The translations under genes were made by a program, and so were the position numbers. Positions 42,340-51,899 of a DNA stretch of 64,000 bases are shown here, in pieces (position 1 is the first letter of the stretch; every line of letters starts with the position of its first letter). The notes under the pieces are model-generated. The model made no database searches and was not told the DNA's origin. It saw only the letters and a program-made list of their open reading frames with translations. The stretch covers positions 2,432,001-2,496,000 of the forward strand of contig OY764159.1 in the NCBI GenBank assembly GCA_963668175.1, written 5' to 3'. The DNA comes from Syntrophales bacterium. Its GTDB lineage: Bacteria > Desulfobacterota > Syntrophia > Syntrophales > PHBD01.

Positions 42340-42726
42340 TTCTTTCTCCTTCGATTATTAAATTAAACAAATCCTGATCGTCGTGATCCGTCTTTGCCTG
42401 ATGTGATCCCGTCATCATTGCAATGGCGGAAGCGATGACATTTTGCTTAGGTATTCCGCTCCTGCGGCAACGGTGGAGAAAAGGAGGGGAGGGCCGGGAG
42501 TCGTAGAACGCCGGCCCCCTCAAGGATGGACAGGCTGTCGACTGCTATCCTGTCTCTTCTGTGGAACCTATCGTCAAATGTCGTGTTCCGGATGCTTCGC
42601 ATCGCTTCCGAACGATGGTATATGTATAGTCCGTCAAACCGCGGACGCGTAAGTTTGTTCTATATGTTCTTTCCTTCCTCAAGTTACTGCGGTGTCGCGA
42701 AACCGGAACGAACGCCGGACATCGCG

Positions 42727-44109
42727 TCAAGCGGCATTGGCGCGTCTGCGGGCAGGCTGCGCCGTCGCCTTCTTGTTGCTCTTCCTCCAGATACCCAGTT
42801 TCTCCGCTTCCTGAATAAGTTCCTCCCGATGATCGGGATGGGAAATAGAGATGAGCGCTTCCGCGATCTCCCAGGTGCTCCGGCCCTTCAGGTTCACGAT
42901 GCCGAATTCCGTGACGACGTTGCTGACGATCGTCCTCGGGACCGTCACGATGGAGCCGGGGCTCAATGTCGGCCTGATCCTGGTTTTGGACTTGCCCGTT
43001 TTCTTGTCCGTCTGCGTGGACGTCATGCAGATGAAGGCCTTGCCGCCCCTGGATTGATGGGCGCCGAAGGTATAGTCGAACTGCCCGCCCGTGCCGGAGA
43101 TGTGCCTGGGGCCCGACGATTCGGAACAGACCTGGCCGTAAAGGTCGATCTCGACGGCGTTGTTGATGGCGACCATCTTGTCGATGGAGGCGATGCGGTA
43201 GGGGTTGTTCGTGTAGTCGACGGGGTAAGAGGCGCAGCAGGAGTTGTAGTCCATGAAATCGTACAGCTTCTGCGATCCAAGGCCGAAGGTGAAGACCATC
43301 TTACCCTTGTCCTCATGCTTCCTTTTGTTGTTGACCCGTCCCGCCGTATACATGTCGACATAGGCGTCGACCAGCATCTCGGTATGGACGCCGAGGTCTT
43401 TCAGGTCGGACTGGGCGATCATCATGCCCACGGCATTGGGCATGGCGCCGATGCCGAGCTGGATGACGGCGCCGTCTTCGATCTGGTTCACGATCAGGGC
43501 GGCGATCTGGTTGTCGCTGTCCGAAATAGCCGGCGCCGGCAGGCTGATCACGGGTTTGTTGTCCGATTCGATGATATAGTCGACATCGGAGATGTGGACC
43601 GATTCGTCGTAGCCGCCGTACACATAGGGCACCTTGTCGTTCACTTCGACGATGACGGTCTTGGCGCGACGGAGGGCGGCTTTCGCGAACGAGTTACAGA
43701 GCCCGAAATTGAAATAGCCCTTTTCGTCCATCGGTGCGACCTTGCCGATGAAGACATCCGTATCGATCACATGGTTGTCGTAGTGGGACGGGGCGACGTG
43801 GTACATGAGGGGTATGTAGTTGCAGAGCCCCTTGTCGTGGAGGACCCGGTCCCCGCCGCTGAAATGCCAGTTGTTATAAGTGATATGCTCCCGGCCGGGG
43901 TCGGCGTCGGCCGCGGCGCATATTCCGGGGTAGGTGACGGCGCGGATCTTGACGTCGTAAAGCTCATCGACGCGCTTTGCGAGCGCTTTATCGAAATATT
44001 CGGGTGCAAGGCCGAAATGGCCGTAATCGAGCCAGTCCCCTGACTTGACGACACCTGCGGCGCGTTCGGCCGAGACAAGTTTCTTTTTATAGTCTGCTTG
44101 ATATGACAC
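42727..44109 (-). CDS. Butyryl-CoA:acetate / 4-hydroxybutyrate CoA-transferase family protein
   Basis: QLGIGAMPNAVG, DLGVHTEM, ISGTGGQ and VTEFGIVNLKG; GTG start after AAGGAG. Confidence 0.9.
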   Translation of the reverse strand: MSYQADYKKKLVSAERAAGVVKSGDWLDYGHFGLAPEYFDKALAKRVDELYDVKIRAVTYPGICAAADADPGREHITYNNWHFSGGDRVLHDKGLCNYIPLMYHVAPSHYDNHVIDTDVFIGKVAPMDEKGYFNFGLCNSFAKAALRRAKTVIVEVNDKVPYVYGGYDESVHISDVDYIIESDNKPVISLPAPAISDSDNQIAALIVNQIEDGAVIQLGIGAMPNAVGMMIAQSDLKDLGVHTEMLVDAYVDMYTAGRVNNKRKHEDKGKMVFTFGLGSQKLYDFMDYNSCCASYPVDYTNNPYRIASIDKMVAINNAVEIDLYGQVCSESSGPRHISGTGGQFDYTFGAHQSRGGKAFICMTSTQTDKKTGKSKTRIRPTLSPGSIVTVPRTIVSNVVTEFGIVNLKGRSTWEIAEALISISHPDHREELIQEAEKLGIWRKSNKKATAQPARRRANAA

Positions 44110-44384
44110 GGTACGATAAACTCCTTTTTTAGATCAAGACATTACAGGATTTTCGAAGGGATGGACAATCGGCGTTTTACCCGATTTTTAGTAGGTGCCA
44201 GAGGAAATGTCAGACAGAGATATACGTGCAGAGTCGGATAAGAGTTATTCCGACGACCCCATAGGACAAAAAAGATGGTCTGACGAGTTGTGCCGGTGCA
44301 AGTCCTTTAATGGCGGGCATTTGCGGCGGCATGGCGCTGCCTTCCTTGACAGGCTTGAATGAGGAGGGGCACCGTCTGGAAATC

Positions 44385-44418
44385 CATACAGTATGCATGT
44401 AGACGATATTGTCGACAA
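44385..44418 (-). promoter_or_regulatory. Putative promoter with overlapping palindromic operators
   Basis: TTGTCG-N17-CATACT, overlapped by the palindromes TTGTCGACAA and CATACAGTATG. Confidence 0.45.
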
Positions 44419-44598
44419 AAAAATGATGATGCAAAAAAGAGGGATCAAGGGGGATGAACAAGTGCTGGTGCGGCGTTCGGCCATCCGCTCACGAATGGGC
44501 CTTGTCAGGGCGGATTCTTGCGGGTGTCCGTCAGGGGGGAGGGGAGACTCTGGGGCGGGTGGCGGCGAATCCTCTGCCGGCCTGGCTGTCCGCGGTCT

Positions 44599-44745
44599 CT
44601 ACAAGCCCTTCTTTTCACGGAGTTTAGCGATCTTCAAGGCCAGGATCAGCATCTGATGCTCCTCCTGGGAAAGAATCGACAACTCGGGTTCTATGTTCTC
44701 TTCTCCCAGCCGGTTCGGTACGGGTTGGGCGGTGCCTCTTTTCAT
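44599..44745 (-). CDS. 48-aa hypothetical protein, copy B (absent from ORF track)
   Basis: MKRGTAQPVPNRLGEENIEPELSILSQEEHQMLILALKIAKLREKKGL; 20/48 identities to copy A without gaps. Confidence 0.75.
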   Translation of the reverse strand: MKRGTAQPVPNRLGEENIEPELSILSQEEHQMLILALKIAKLREKKGL

Positions 44746-44829
44746 CTTTCGCATTCGCAGGAAATCTTCTCAGTCGTTCCTATATTCGCGCGTCCGCGCG
44801 GTCTTTATCATTCCCATCGGCACGGGGGA

Positions 44830-44859
44830 ATAATAACACCTCGTCGGGGCGGATGTCAA
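44830..44859 (-). promoter_or_regulatory. Sigma70-type promoter of 48-aa gene B
   Basis: TTGACA-N18-TATTAT. Confidence 0.6.
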
Positions 44860-44919
44860 ACGATGCTTTGTGAAAAATCGTATCGGGCGGGATTGCCGCA
44901 GCGTTTATAACGGCAGTCT

Positions 44920-45537
44920 TCAAACGGGTTCCCCGCTCCGCCTTGCGACGTCTTTGCGGTAGGCCATGCGGCCGGCCTGGAGGAGATAGGCTTCCGCCAC
45001 GCAGTCGCTTCGGCTCCTGAACATGTCTCCCTCGGGGAGCTTGAAAGCGGCGAGCAGCCGCGATTCCAGGTCGCGGTGGGATTCGAGGGAACCGTCGGCG
45101 AGGATGTGGCGGACCGCGACGCCCAGTTCGGAAAGCTTCCGCGCCACGAGGATGGCCCGGTGGCAGTCGATCGGCTCCTTCTCGGCGCACATGAAGGCGA
45201 CGGTGAAATCTTCAGCGCCGCGCAGCACCCGCTCGATGCCGGAAAGAAAGAGGGCCGTTTCCGCGACGCGCTCGAAGCGGACGCGACCGTCCTCGTAGCA
45301 GGCGGGGTCCTCGCTCCGGGCGCCGAGTTCCTTTCCGAGGAAGACGTACTCGATCCGTCTCGACTTCAACGCCCCGGATATGGGCTTGCAACTGAACTGG
45401 GGCGCATGGCGGCTGTATGGCGCCGACCGCACGTCGGCGACGGCCGTCACGCCGTGTTTCTTCAGGAGCGCAACGAAAACATCCAGGGGATAATTGGAGT
45501 GGCCGATCGTGAAGACCGTAAGTTTTTCGGGATGCAT
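44920..45537 (-). CDS. DUF488 family protein
   Basis: FTIGHSN, DVRSAPYS, ELGAR and MCAEKEPIDCHR. Confidence 0.88.
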   Translation of the reverse strand: MHPEKLTVFTIGHSNYPLDVFVALLKKHGVTAVADVRSAPYSRHAPQFSCKPISGALKSRRIEYVFLGKELGARSEDPACYEDGRVRFERVAETALFLSGIERVLRGAEDFTVAFMCAEKEPIDCHRAILVARKLSELGVAVRHILADGSLESHRDLESRLLAAFKLPEGDMFRSRSDCVAEAYLLQAGRMAYRKDVARRSGEPV

Positions 45538-45574
45538 GCGCGGTCTCTTCTGCCGGCGGGGCGGGGCCGGCGCC

Positions 45575-46609
45575 TCATTCTTTCCCGCCGTCCGGTGTCG
45601 CTTTGCCCTCAAGATGAAAGCGGCGGACGACGAATTCCCGCACCTGCCTCCGGGCGTCTTCGAGGGCCTGACGGTCTCCGCCGTAGTTCACGCCGTAGGC
45701 CACGCACGCCTTTCTGTAGGCATTCAGTTCGATGAGGGACATCTCCCGCCCTTCGCCGGGGAGATACGATTTCAGGGTGTCGAGATCGGTCTGGGCGGCG
45801 AACCCCCTCCAAGTCTGGTTGCGGGGAAGGTAACGGACGGGCCTGTCCACGTCGAAGCCGTGAAGCGCGCCGGGGTATTCGACCATGCGGATGTCCGCGC
45901 CTTTCTTGGCCAGCAGGGCGGTATTGGCGCGGCAATGGGCGATGTCGGAATAGTCGTCTTTGTCGCCGATGAGGTGGAGGATGGGGCTGCCGGTGGTGCG
46001 CCCGTACAGGGAGCAGCCGCCGTAAAGCGCGACGTGGAGGGCGTATTTCAGGCCGCCGGGGACTGCGGCGGCCCGGAACCGTTCGAAGGCCGTCGTCTGG
46101 GCGCCGTAGCCGCCCCGGGAAAAGCCGATGATCCCGATCCGCGCCGGATCGATCCGGGGGTGCGTCGCGAGCATCTGCAGGGCCCGGAAACCGTCCAGCG
46201 TCGTCGCCGTGTAGCTCAGGAGCGACTGGTCCGTCGCAGTGTTGCCGATCCCGCGCGGAGAAAAACTGTCCACGATGAAGGTTGCGATGCCCAGATGGTT
46301 CAGGAACGCCGCCCAATCGCGGGAGCTGCCCGCCTCCACGCCGCTGCTGCCGTGCATGACGACCATGGCCGGGAGCCTCCCGGCGCCGGCCCCCTCCGGT
46401 ATCGCGAGTTCGCCGGAGACGGTGTCCGTCATCCTCACCCGGCCCGTAAGGAGTTCCGCCAGGGTCGTGTTCCGGGCCGCCGACTTGAAAAGGACCTTGC
46501 CCGTTTCGCCGGCGGAGAGGTCCCGTTTCACGCCGTCGTTGCCGGCAAAGGCCGCAGCGGCAGCGACAAGAAAAAGGATCGAAACGCAGACGGTCAGAAA
46601 TTTTCGCAT
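45575..46609 (-). CDS. Exported dienelactone hydrolase-family alpha/beta hydrolase
   Basis: Signal peptide; HGSSG, GFSRGG and YPGALHGFD. Confidence 0.85.
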   Translation of the reverse strand: MRKFLTVCVSILFLVAAAAAFAGNDGVKRDLSAGETGKVLFKSAARNTTLAELLTGRVRMTDTVSGELAIPEGAGAGRLPAMVVMHGSSGVEAGSSRDWAAFLNHLGIATFIVDSFSPRGIGNTATDQSLLSYTATTLDGFRALQMLATHPRIDPARIGIIGFSRGGYGAQTTAFERFRAAAVPGGLKYALHVALYGGCSLYGRTTGSPILHLIGDKDDYSDIAHCRANTALLAKKGADIRMVEYPGALHGFDVDRPVRYLPRNQTWRGFAAQTDLDTLKSYLPGEGREMSLIELNAYRKACVAYGVNYGGDRQALEDARRQVREFVVRRFHLEGKATPDGGKE

Positions 46610-46676
46610 ATCGTTCTCCCGGGGGCTGTTATGAAATCGGCTCCGCCGCAAAGCTCGCCGTCATCCCTTCGCATGC

Positions 46677-47336
46677 TTACCAGATCCCCGGAAGAAGGCG
46701 CTTGCGCGTTTTCGCAAATTCCGCATAGCCTTCGATCTGCAAGAGCGTCCTCTCTTCCACGGCGATGCGCGCCGCGATGGAAGGAATCAGGGCGAAGAGA
46801 AAAACACAGGCGGTCGCCGCGTTCGGGAAATAGAGGGCGACGCCGAGATTAGCGGCGATCATGCCGGCGTAGGCCGGATGCCTTGTGAACCGGTAGGGGC
46901 CGGAATCGACGATCCGGTGGCCGTCCGTTGTACGGACGCGGTGAGAATAGAATTCCCCCAGCGTGCGGACGGCCCAGAGCCTGTAGCCGACGCCGCCGAG
47001 GAAGATAACGATGCCGGCGGCGTGGGCGGCGGCGGGCGTCTGCCAGACGGACGGAAACCAGAGTGCCGAAAGGATCGTGAAGGCCTGCGCCATGCCGTAT
47101 ATCTGGCAGGTTGCGGAGTCCGCGGTCTTTTTTCCCTCCGTGTTCGCGTCGCGGCGGGAAACGCGAAGCTCGACGATCAGCCAGAGGATATAGAGGGCGA
47201 CGAAAACCGTATCGAAATCGACGGGGTATCCGCGCCAGACGCCTGCCGCACGGATGTACCGGACGGCGGCGAGGGCGACGATGCCCGCGATGAGGGAAAA
47301 CCCCATCAGAAGCGGTATGTAATCCTTCTTAGGCAT
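46677..47336 (-). CDS. Isoprenylcysteine carboxyl methyltransferase / PEMT family membrane protein
   Basis: GPYRFTRHPAYAG, RIAVEE and LLPGIW. Confidence 0.88.
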   Translation of the reverse strand: MPKKDYIPLLMGFSLIAGIVALAAVRYIRAAGVWRGYPVDFDTVFVALYILWLIVELRVSRRDANTEGKKTADSATCQIYGMAQAFTILSALWFPSVWQTPAAAHAAGIVIFLGGVGYRLWAVRTLGEFYSHRVRTTDGHRIVDSGPYRFTRHPAYAGMIAANLGVALYFPNAATACVFLFALIPSIAARIAVEERTLLQIEGYAEFAKTRKRLLPGIW

Positions 47337-47470
47337 AGGGAATAAACGGGTTGCGCGGCATCGGCACCGTGCGGAAAAAAGGCCGCGGCGCCTGCCGACC
47401 GCACTCTTGCATAAACAAGGTAAGTTATCAAACGGATATTTGCGGGAATAAAATCGGCGGCGGGGCCCGT

Positions 47471-47507
47471 AAAAAAAAAGGGCGGGACCGCTTATCGGCC
47501 CCGCCCC
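47471..47507 (-). terminator. Rho-independent terminator of the third PEP-CTERM gene
   Basis: GGGCGGGGCCG...CGGTCCCGCCC followed by T9 on the minus strand. Confidence 0.85.
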
Positions 47508-47531
47508 GGGATTCTTTCGGACGGAAGAAAG

Positions 47532-48227
47532 TTATTTCCGCAATTTCCTCCGGATGCCCGCCGCGCCGATGAGGCCGAATCCGAGCAGCAGGATGGTCCC
47601 CGGCTCGGGAACGGGCGATGAGGATATCTTGACGATCATGTCGTTGTAGTCCTTGTCGCTCGCTGCAAGGGGCAGGTCTTCCATCCCCAGCCAGTATGTT
47701 CCGGAATCCGCCTGGAAGAGGGCGAAATGGTCGCCGTTGCCGTCTGTATACCAGGTGTTGCCGTTACTCTTGAAATAGAAGCCGTAGGCCGTACCGACGG
47801 GCATCGTGAGGGTGTAGGAGGCCCCGGCGCTGTCCGCGCCGGCGAAGATGGTGTGCAGCGCGGACTTGTTGCCCATGGCGAACCAGCCGAATTCGTTGAC
47901 GCCGGCATAGCCCGCCCATTCGAACTTAAGCGACAACTTCTCGGCAGATGCGTAGGTTAAACCCCAGGAAGAGACTGCCGTGCCGTCTATATTGGCGAGG
48001 TACTTGATGTTGCCCGGGTGTTCGTAGTCCGCCCGGCTCACGTAATCGCCGGTCTTGGTCAGGTAATAGCCGATGTTGGCGTAGCCGTTGCCGTCGGAGG
48101 AACGGTTGTCCCAGTATTCGCCGCCGTCGTTTCCGGCCGACGTCCATGATTTCCAGGTGTCCGCCTGGACGGACGGAGCGACGGCCAGCATGGCGGCCGC
48201 TATCGCAATGCAAATGATTTTCCTCAT
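47532..48227 (-). CDS. PEP-CTERM protein with DUF4114-like domain
   Basis: Signal peptide; GMEDL...DKDYNDMIV; tail VPEPGTILLLGFGLIGAAGIRRKLRK. Confidence 0.92.
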   Translation of the reverse strand: MRKIICIAIAAAMLAVAPSVQADTWKSWTSAGNDGGEYWDNRSSDGNGYANIGYYLTKTGDYVSRADYEHPGNIKYLANIDGTAVSSWGLTYASAEKLSLKFEWAGYAGVNEFGWFAMGNKSALHTIFAGADSAGASYTLTMPVGTAYGFYFKSNGNTWYTDGNGDHFALFQADSGTYWLGMEDLPLAASDKDYNDMIVKISSSPVPEPGTILLLGFGLIGAAGIRRKLRK

Positions 48228-48695
48228 ACCCCTCACCCCTCGTTGATTTTGCGAAAACAATGACAAAAAGCTGCCGGCATCTGAAAATGAAAAACAGATA
48301 TTATATAGTCATTGATAGACGCGTGTATAATTAAGCATAACACCATGGTCCATGTAAAGCGAAATATTGAACCGACGTTGTCGAAACGCAGAAAACCATA
48401 ATATCTCTAGTGATTATAGAAAGATAAAAATATGTGCGATGCTTGGGTCGTTGCGGTGCAGGCCCGCGGGGAAAGACGATAAGCGGTATAAGCATTTCCG
48501 GGTGCGATAAAAAGCATAACGTTTGAGAGACGAAGAAAGCCGATGACCTGTCCCGGCGGGCCGGACGCATGGAATGGGATCATGGCCATAGGGGATGGCT
48601 CTTTGCGAAGCCGTACGGCGGCGGTCAAGGGTGCGGCAGGCAATGCTCCGGTCCGGTTGCGGCATGGCCGGGAAAAGCCGCCGGCCGCAGCAGTG

Positions 48696-49559
48696 TTACT
48701 TGTCGGTGTCCCGGAGGAAATCTTTGACGACGGCGCAGAAGATCTCCGGCCGTTCGACCTGGTGGAGATGCGAGGCCTTGGGGATAACGGCCATGCGGGC
48801 GGCGGGGAAGCGCTCCTGAAAGCCCTTCACGGTCCTGGCGTCCGCCTCGTCGCGGTCGCCGCAGGTGAGAAGGACGGGCAGGGCGATGTCCGCAAGCCTC
48901 GGTGTCAGGTCGAAATCTTTCAGTTTTCCCGTGATCGTGAATTCGCTTTCGCCCCACATGGTCCGGTAGACGTCCATGTTGAATTTCGAGAAAGCGGTCT
49001 GGAGGGAGTCCGGCCATGGCGACAGGATGCAGACGTGCTTCTCGTAATAGGCCATCGCCGCCGCCTGGTACGAGTCGCCGAAGTCGCCTGCCGCTTCGCC
49101 CGTTTCGATGGCCGATCGTATGTCCGGCGGCATCAGGGCGATGTTCCGCCGCTGGTCGGCATCCCAGGCCGGGGAGGAGAGATAAGGTGCGCAGAGCATG
49201 AGGCCCCTGATTCCGCCGGGTTTGGCGGTCAGCATGTATGCGCAGGCCAGCGCGCAGCCCCAAGAGAAGCCCATGAGGTACAGGGCGTCGAGCTTCAGCG
49301 CCGACCGCACGAAGGCCAGTTCGGCGACATAGTTTTCCACCGAATAGAAGCTGCTGTCGGCGGCGCGGTCGCTGCTGCCGCAGCCGAGTTGGTCGTAGAA
49401 CCAGACGGGGCGGCCCTCCCACAGGGCGTCGAGCCCGTCGCTCATGGACATGAAGCCGGGGCCGCCGTGCAGGACGAGAATGGGTATTCCCGGACGGTCT
49501 TCGCCGCAGACCCGGTACCATATCCGGCCGTTGGCCGTTTCAATCGTTCCTTCGCGCAT
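48696..49559 (-). CDS. Proline iminopeptidase-family alpha/beta hydrolase
   Basis: LHGGPG, YDQLGCG, GFSWG and VYRTMWGESEF. Confidence 0.9.
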   Translation of the reverse strand: MREGTIETANGRIWYRVCGEDRPGIPILVLHGGPGFMSMSDGLDALWEGRPVWFYDQLGCGSSDRAADSSFYSVENYVAELAFVRSALKLDALYLMGFSWGCALACAYMLTAKPGGIRGLMLCAPYLSSPAWDADQRRNIALMPPDIRSAIETGEAAGDFGDSYQAAAMAYYEKHVCILSPWPDSLQTAFSKFNMDVYRTMWGESEFTITGKLKDFDLTPRLADIALPVLLTCGDRDEADARTVKGFQERFPAARMAVIPKASHLHQVERPEIFCAVVKDFLRDTDK

Positions 49560-49697
49560 GCGTGCATCCTCCTTATGCCGGCGGTTTGCCGGAACGTTGC
49601 CTCCCGCACCTCCATGGCCATCTTCCCGGCTTTGCCGCCATGTGCAGGCTTCAGGCCCCGGGCGCGGACGCGGCGGTTCGCATCCAGGCGGCCAGGC

Positions 49698-50723
49698 TTA
49701 CCGTTTCAGATCGACGACAACGGCGTTCTCCAGGGCGGAAAGGGTGAGTGACGCATCGTCATTTCCGCTGTCCCTGTAAAATATGGAGAAGTAGAGAACG
49801 GCACCTTTGACCAGAGCGTGCCCCTGCCGGAGGTGGGGATAGTCCGTGGGCGCGTCGGGACGATGGGTCTTGTCGGTCGCATCGAAGTAATAGACGACGG
49901 TATCGTCCTTTTGATATTCCCGAAGGACAGGCGCCGTCACGGCAAAGGCGGCGGCGCGGGACATCAGACCTTCCGTCGCCTGCCTGGCTTTTTCAGGTTT
50001 TATTTGCGTTGATCCGAATCCCGCCATCGGCGATACGCCCATCTTGAAATCGCTTTCTTTCGGGGCGGCGAAAGCCATCGTCGGCAGTTTGTCGGTTACA
50101 AATGAGAGTTTCCAGCGATCGGGCACGGGCATCGTCAGCCGTTTGCTTCCGATGTAAACCGTCTTCCTCCATTGCGCTTTGGGTAAACCGCCTTCCGTGA
50201 ACCTGATGGAACCGATGATCCGGCTCACCTTTTCCTCATGCACCTTTCCCGGGTCCATGGAGAAATGAAAATTGAAGCAGTAGCCCTTGTAATAGGGCCG
50301 GTAATGGACGGATCGCCTTACGTCCTTGAAGTCGTTGATGCCGACGGTTTTGCCGCCCAGGTCCTTCTCGTATTGGACGGGTATGTACGGTCCGGCTGTC
50401 CGGCACGACTTCGCATCGGTGACGCCTGCGGCCTTCTCCGCGAAGATGCTGACGATGATGCCTTCCTTGCTCTTATCGAAAAGAAACTGCGACGGCCTCG
50501 TGAATACCGCCTTGTCGTCGGCGAATCCGGACAGATCGACGAGGGCGTACCAGCTTTCCCCGTCGACATGCAGGCCCGTCTCCCCGGTATCGTCCTTGAC
50601 GAACGTTTCGTGCGAATAGACGGTGAAAGGGCCGTGGACCTTTCCGTACTCGTCGGCGAGGCCCGTTGCGGCATGCAGGATCATTGCAAAAAGCGATAGA
50701 ATGAAAACCGGTCTCTTTTTCAT
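49698..50723 (-). CDS. Exported hypothetical protein
   Basis: Long ORF with coding-like codon bias and signal peptide MKKRPVFILSLFAMILHAATGLA; no family recognised. Confidence 0.7.
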   Translation of the reverse strand: MKKRPVFILSLFAMILHAATGLADEYGKVHGPFTVYSHETFVKDDTGETGLHVDGESWYALVDLSGFADDKAVFTRPSQFLFDKSKEGIIVSIFAEKAAGVTDAKSCRTAGPYIPVQYEKDLGGKTVGINDFKDVRRSVHYRPYYKGYCFNFHFSMDPGKVHEEKVSRIIGSIRFTEGGLPKAQWRKTVYIGSKRLTMPVPDRWKLSFVTDKLPTMAFAAPKESDFKMGVSPMAGFGSTQIKPEKARQATEGLMSRAAAFAVTAPVLREYQKDDTVVYYFDATDKTHRPDAPTDYPHLRQGHALVKGAVLYFSIFYRDSGNDDASLTLSALENAVVVDLKR

Positions 50724-50868
50724 CTCAAGCCCCCCCCGTTCTTGATCTGTCGATGGATGCGAAAGCCGATACAGATGTTTTAAAAGACCGCATTCATTAT
50801 GAAGCAAGCAGACAAACGGATCGCGTAAGCCACGCTTGCGCGGCGGCAAATGACTGCGTTCGATCCGT

Positions 50869-51693
50869 TTATTTGAATATCTCCTTTTGCATCTCCATGG
50901 CCTTCGCCTCGGCGGCGCAGTTGCGCGTCGGCTTCAGGCCCCGGGTGCGGACGGCGGCAAGCTCGGCCCTGGCGGCGAGCACCTCCTCCTGGAACCAGGG
51001 GGAGGCATTCAGGGTGGCGGCCGTGTAGGCGCCCATGTACCGGCCCTGGAGCGTGTCGCTGTACCAGTGGACGTTGCAGACCATGCGGCTTACGCCGTAG
51101 CCCTGAGCGCGCTTCAGGACGATGTCGCCCCGGTCGGGCGAAACCTCGGCGAGGACCATAGCCCAAGCCGTGCCGATGGCGTTATGGCCCGACGGATAGG
51201 AGCCGTTCCCTTCGAGGTGCGCCTTCTCGTCCGGCGTGCACATCGGTTGCTTGTTGACCATGAAGGGGCGGGGGCGCTTATACGACATCTTCGCGGATGC
51301 CGTCGAATCGCCGGCGTATTTCGCGACGATCTGGAGCAGACGGTAGAGGCGGGGCGTGTCCTTTTCGGTCACCGGGACGCCGAGGGCGCACGAATAGGTG
51401 TCGGCCGCATAGGGAAATTTGAGACTGGCGTCGAGGATCGCCTGCGCCCATGCCGGTGTTCCCTGGAGGGCGAAGGTCCTTCGGCTGTACTCTTCGTCGA
51501 GGGCGAAGGCGGCCGAGCCCGCGGCGGGAGGCGGCGGGATGATGAACAGGCTGTCCGGGACCGTTGCCGGCGGCAATACGCCTTTCGCCGCGGCGGCCTT
51601 ATTCGTGGAACCGGCGCAGCCGGCCATGATGGCAACGGCGATTGCGACAGCGAAAAGAAGATGCGCATTTTTGGAGCGGATGAATGTTTTCAT
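50869..51693 (-). CDS. Class A non-specific acid phosphatase (PAP2), probable lipoprotein
   Basis: KMSYKRPRP, SYPSGH and SRMVCNVHWYSD; lipobox MAGC. Confidence 0.92.
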   Translation of the reverse strand: MKTFIRSKNAHLLFAVAIAVAIMAGCAGSTNKAAAAKGVLPPATVPDSLFIIPPPPAAGSAAFALDEEYSRRTFALQGTPAWAQAILDASLKFPYAADTYSCALGVPVTEKDTPRLYRLLQIVAKYAGDSTASAKMSYKRPRPFMVNKQPMCTPDEKAHLEGNGSYPSGHNAIGTAWAMVLAEVSPDRGDIVLKRAQGYGVSRMVCNVHWYSDTLQGRYMGAYTAATLNASPWFQEEVLAARAELAAVRTRGLKPTRNCAAEAKAMEMQKEIFK

Positions 51694-51899
51694 GATGGCC
51701 TTTCTCCGTCTTGAAGGTTTTGGATGCGGGAGACTGTTTCGGACGGCGCTTCCGCCGCCATCCGTTTGAAGCTTTCTATAATACATCCCGCCGAATCGTT
51801 CAACGGCTATTCAGCCGCTATGCGACGGCAAACCGCCCGCCGTCGGATGACAGAAGGCGGCGCATCAAGCGGCGATGACCGCCGTGCGGGTCTATTCCC

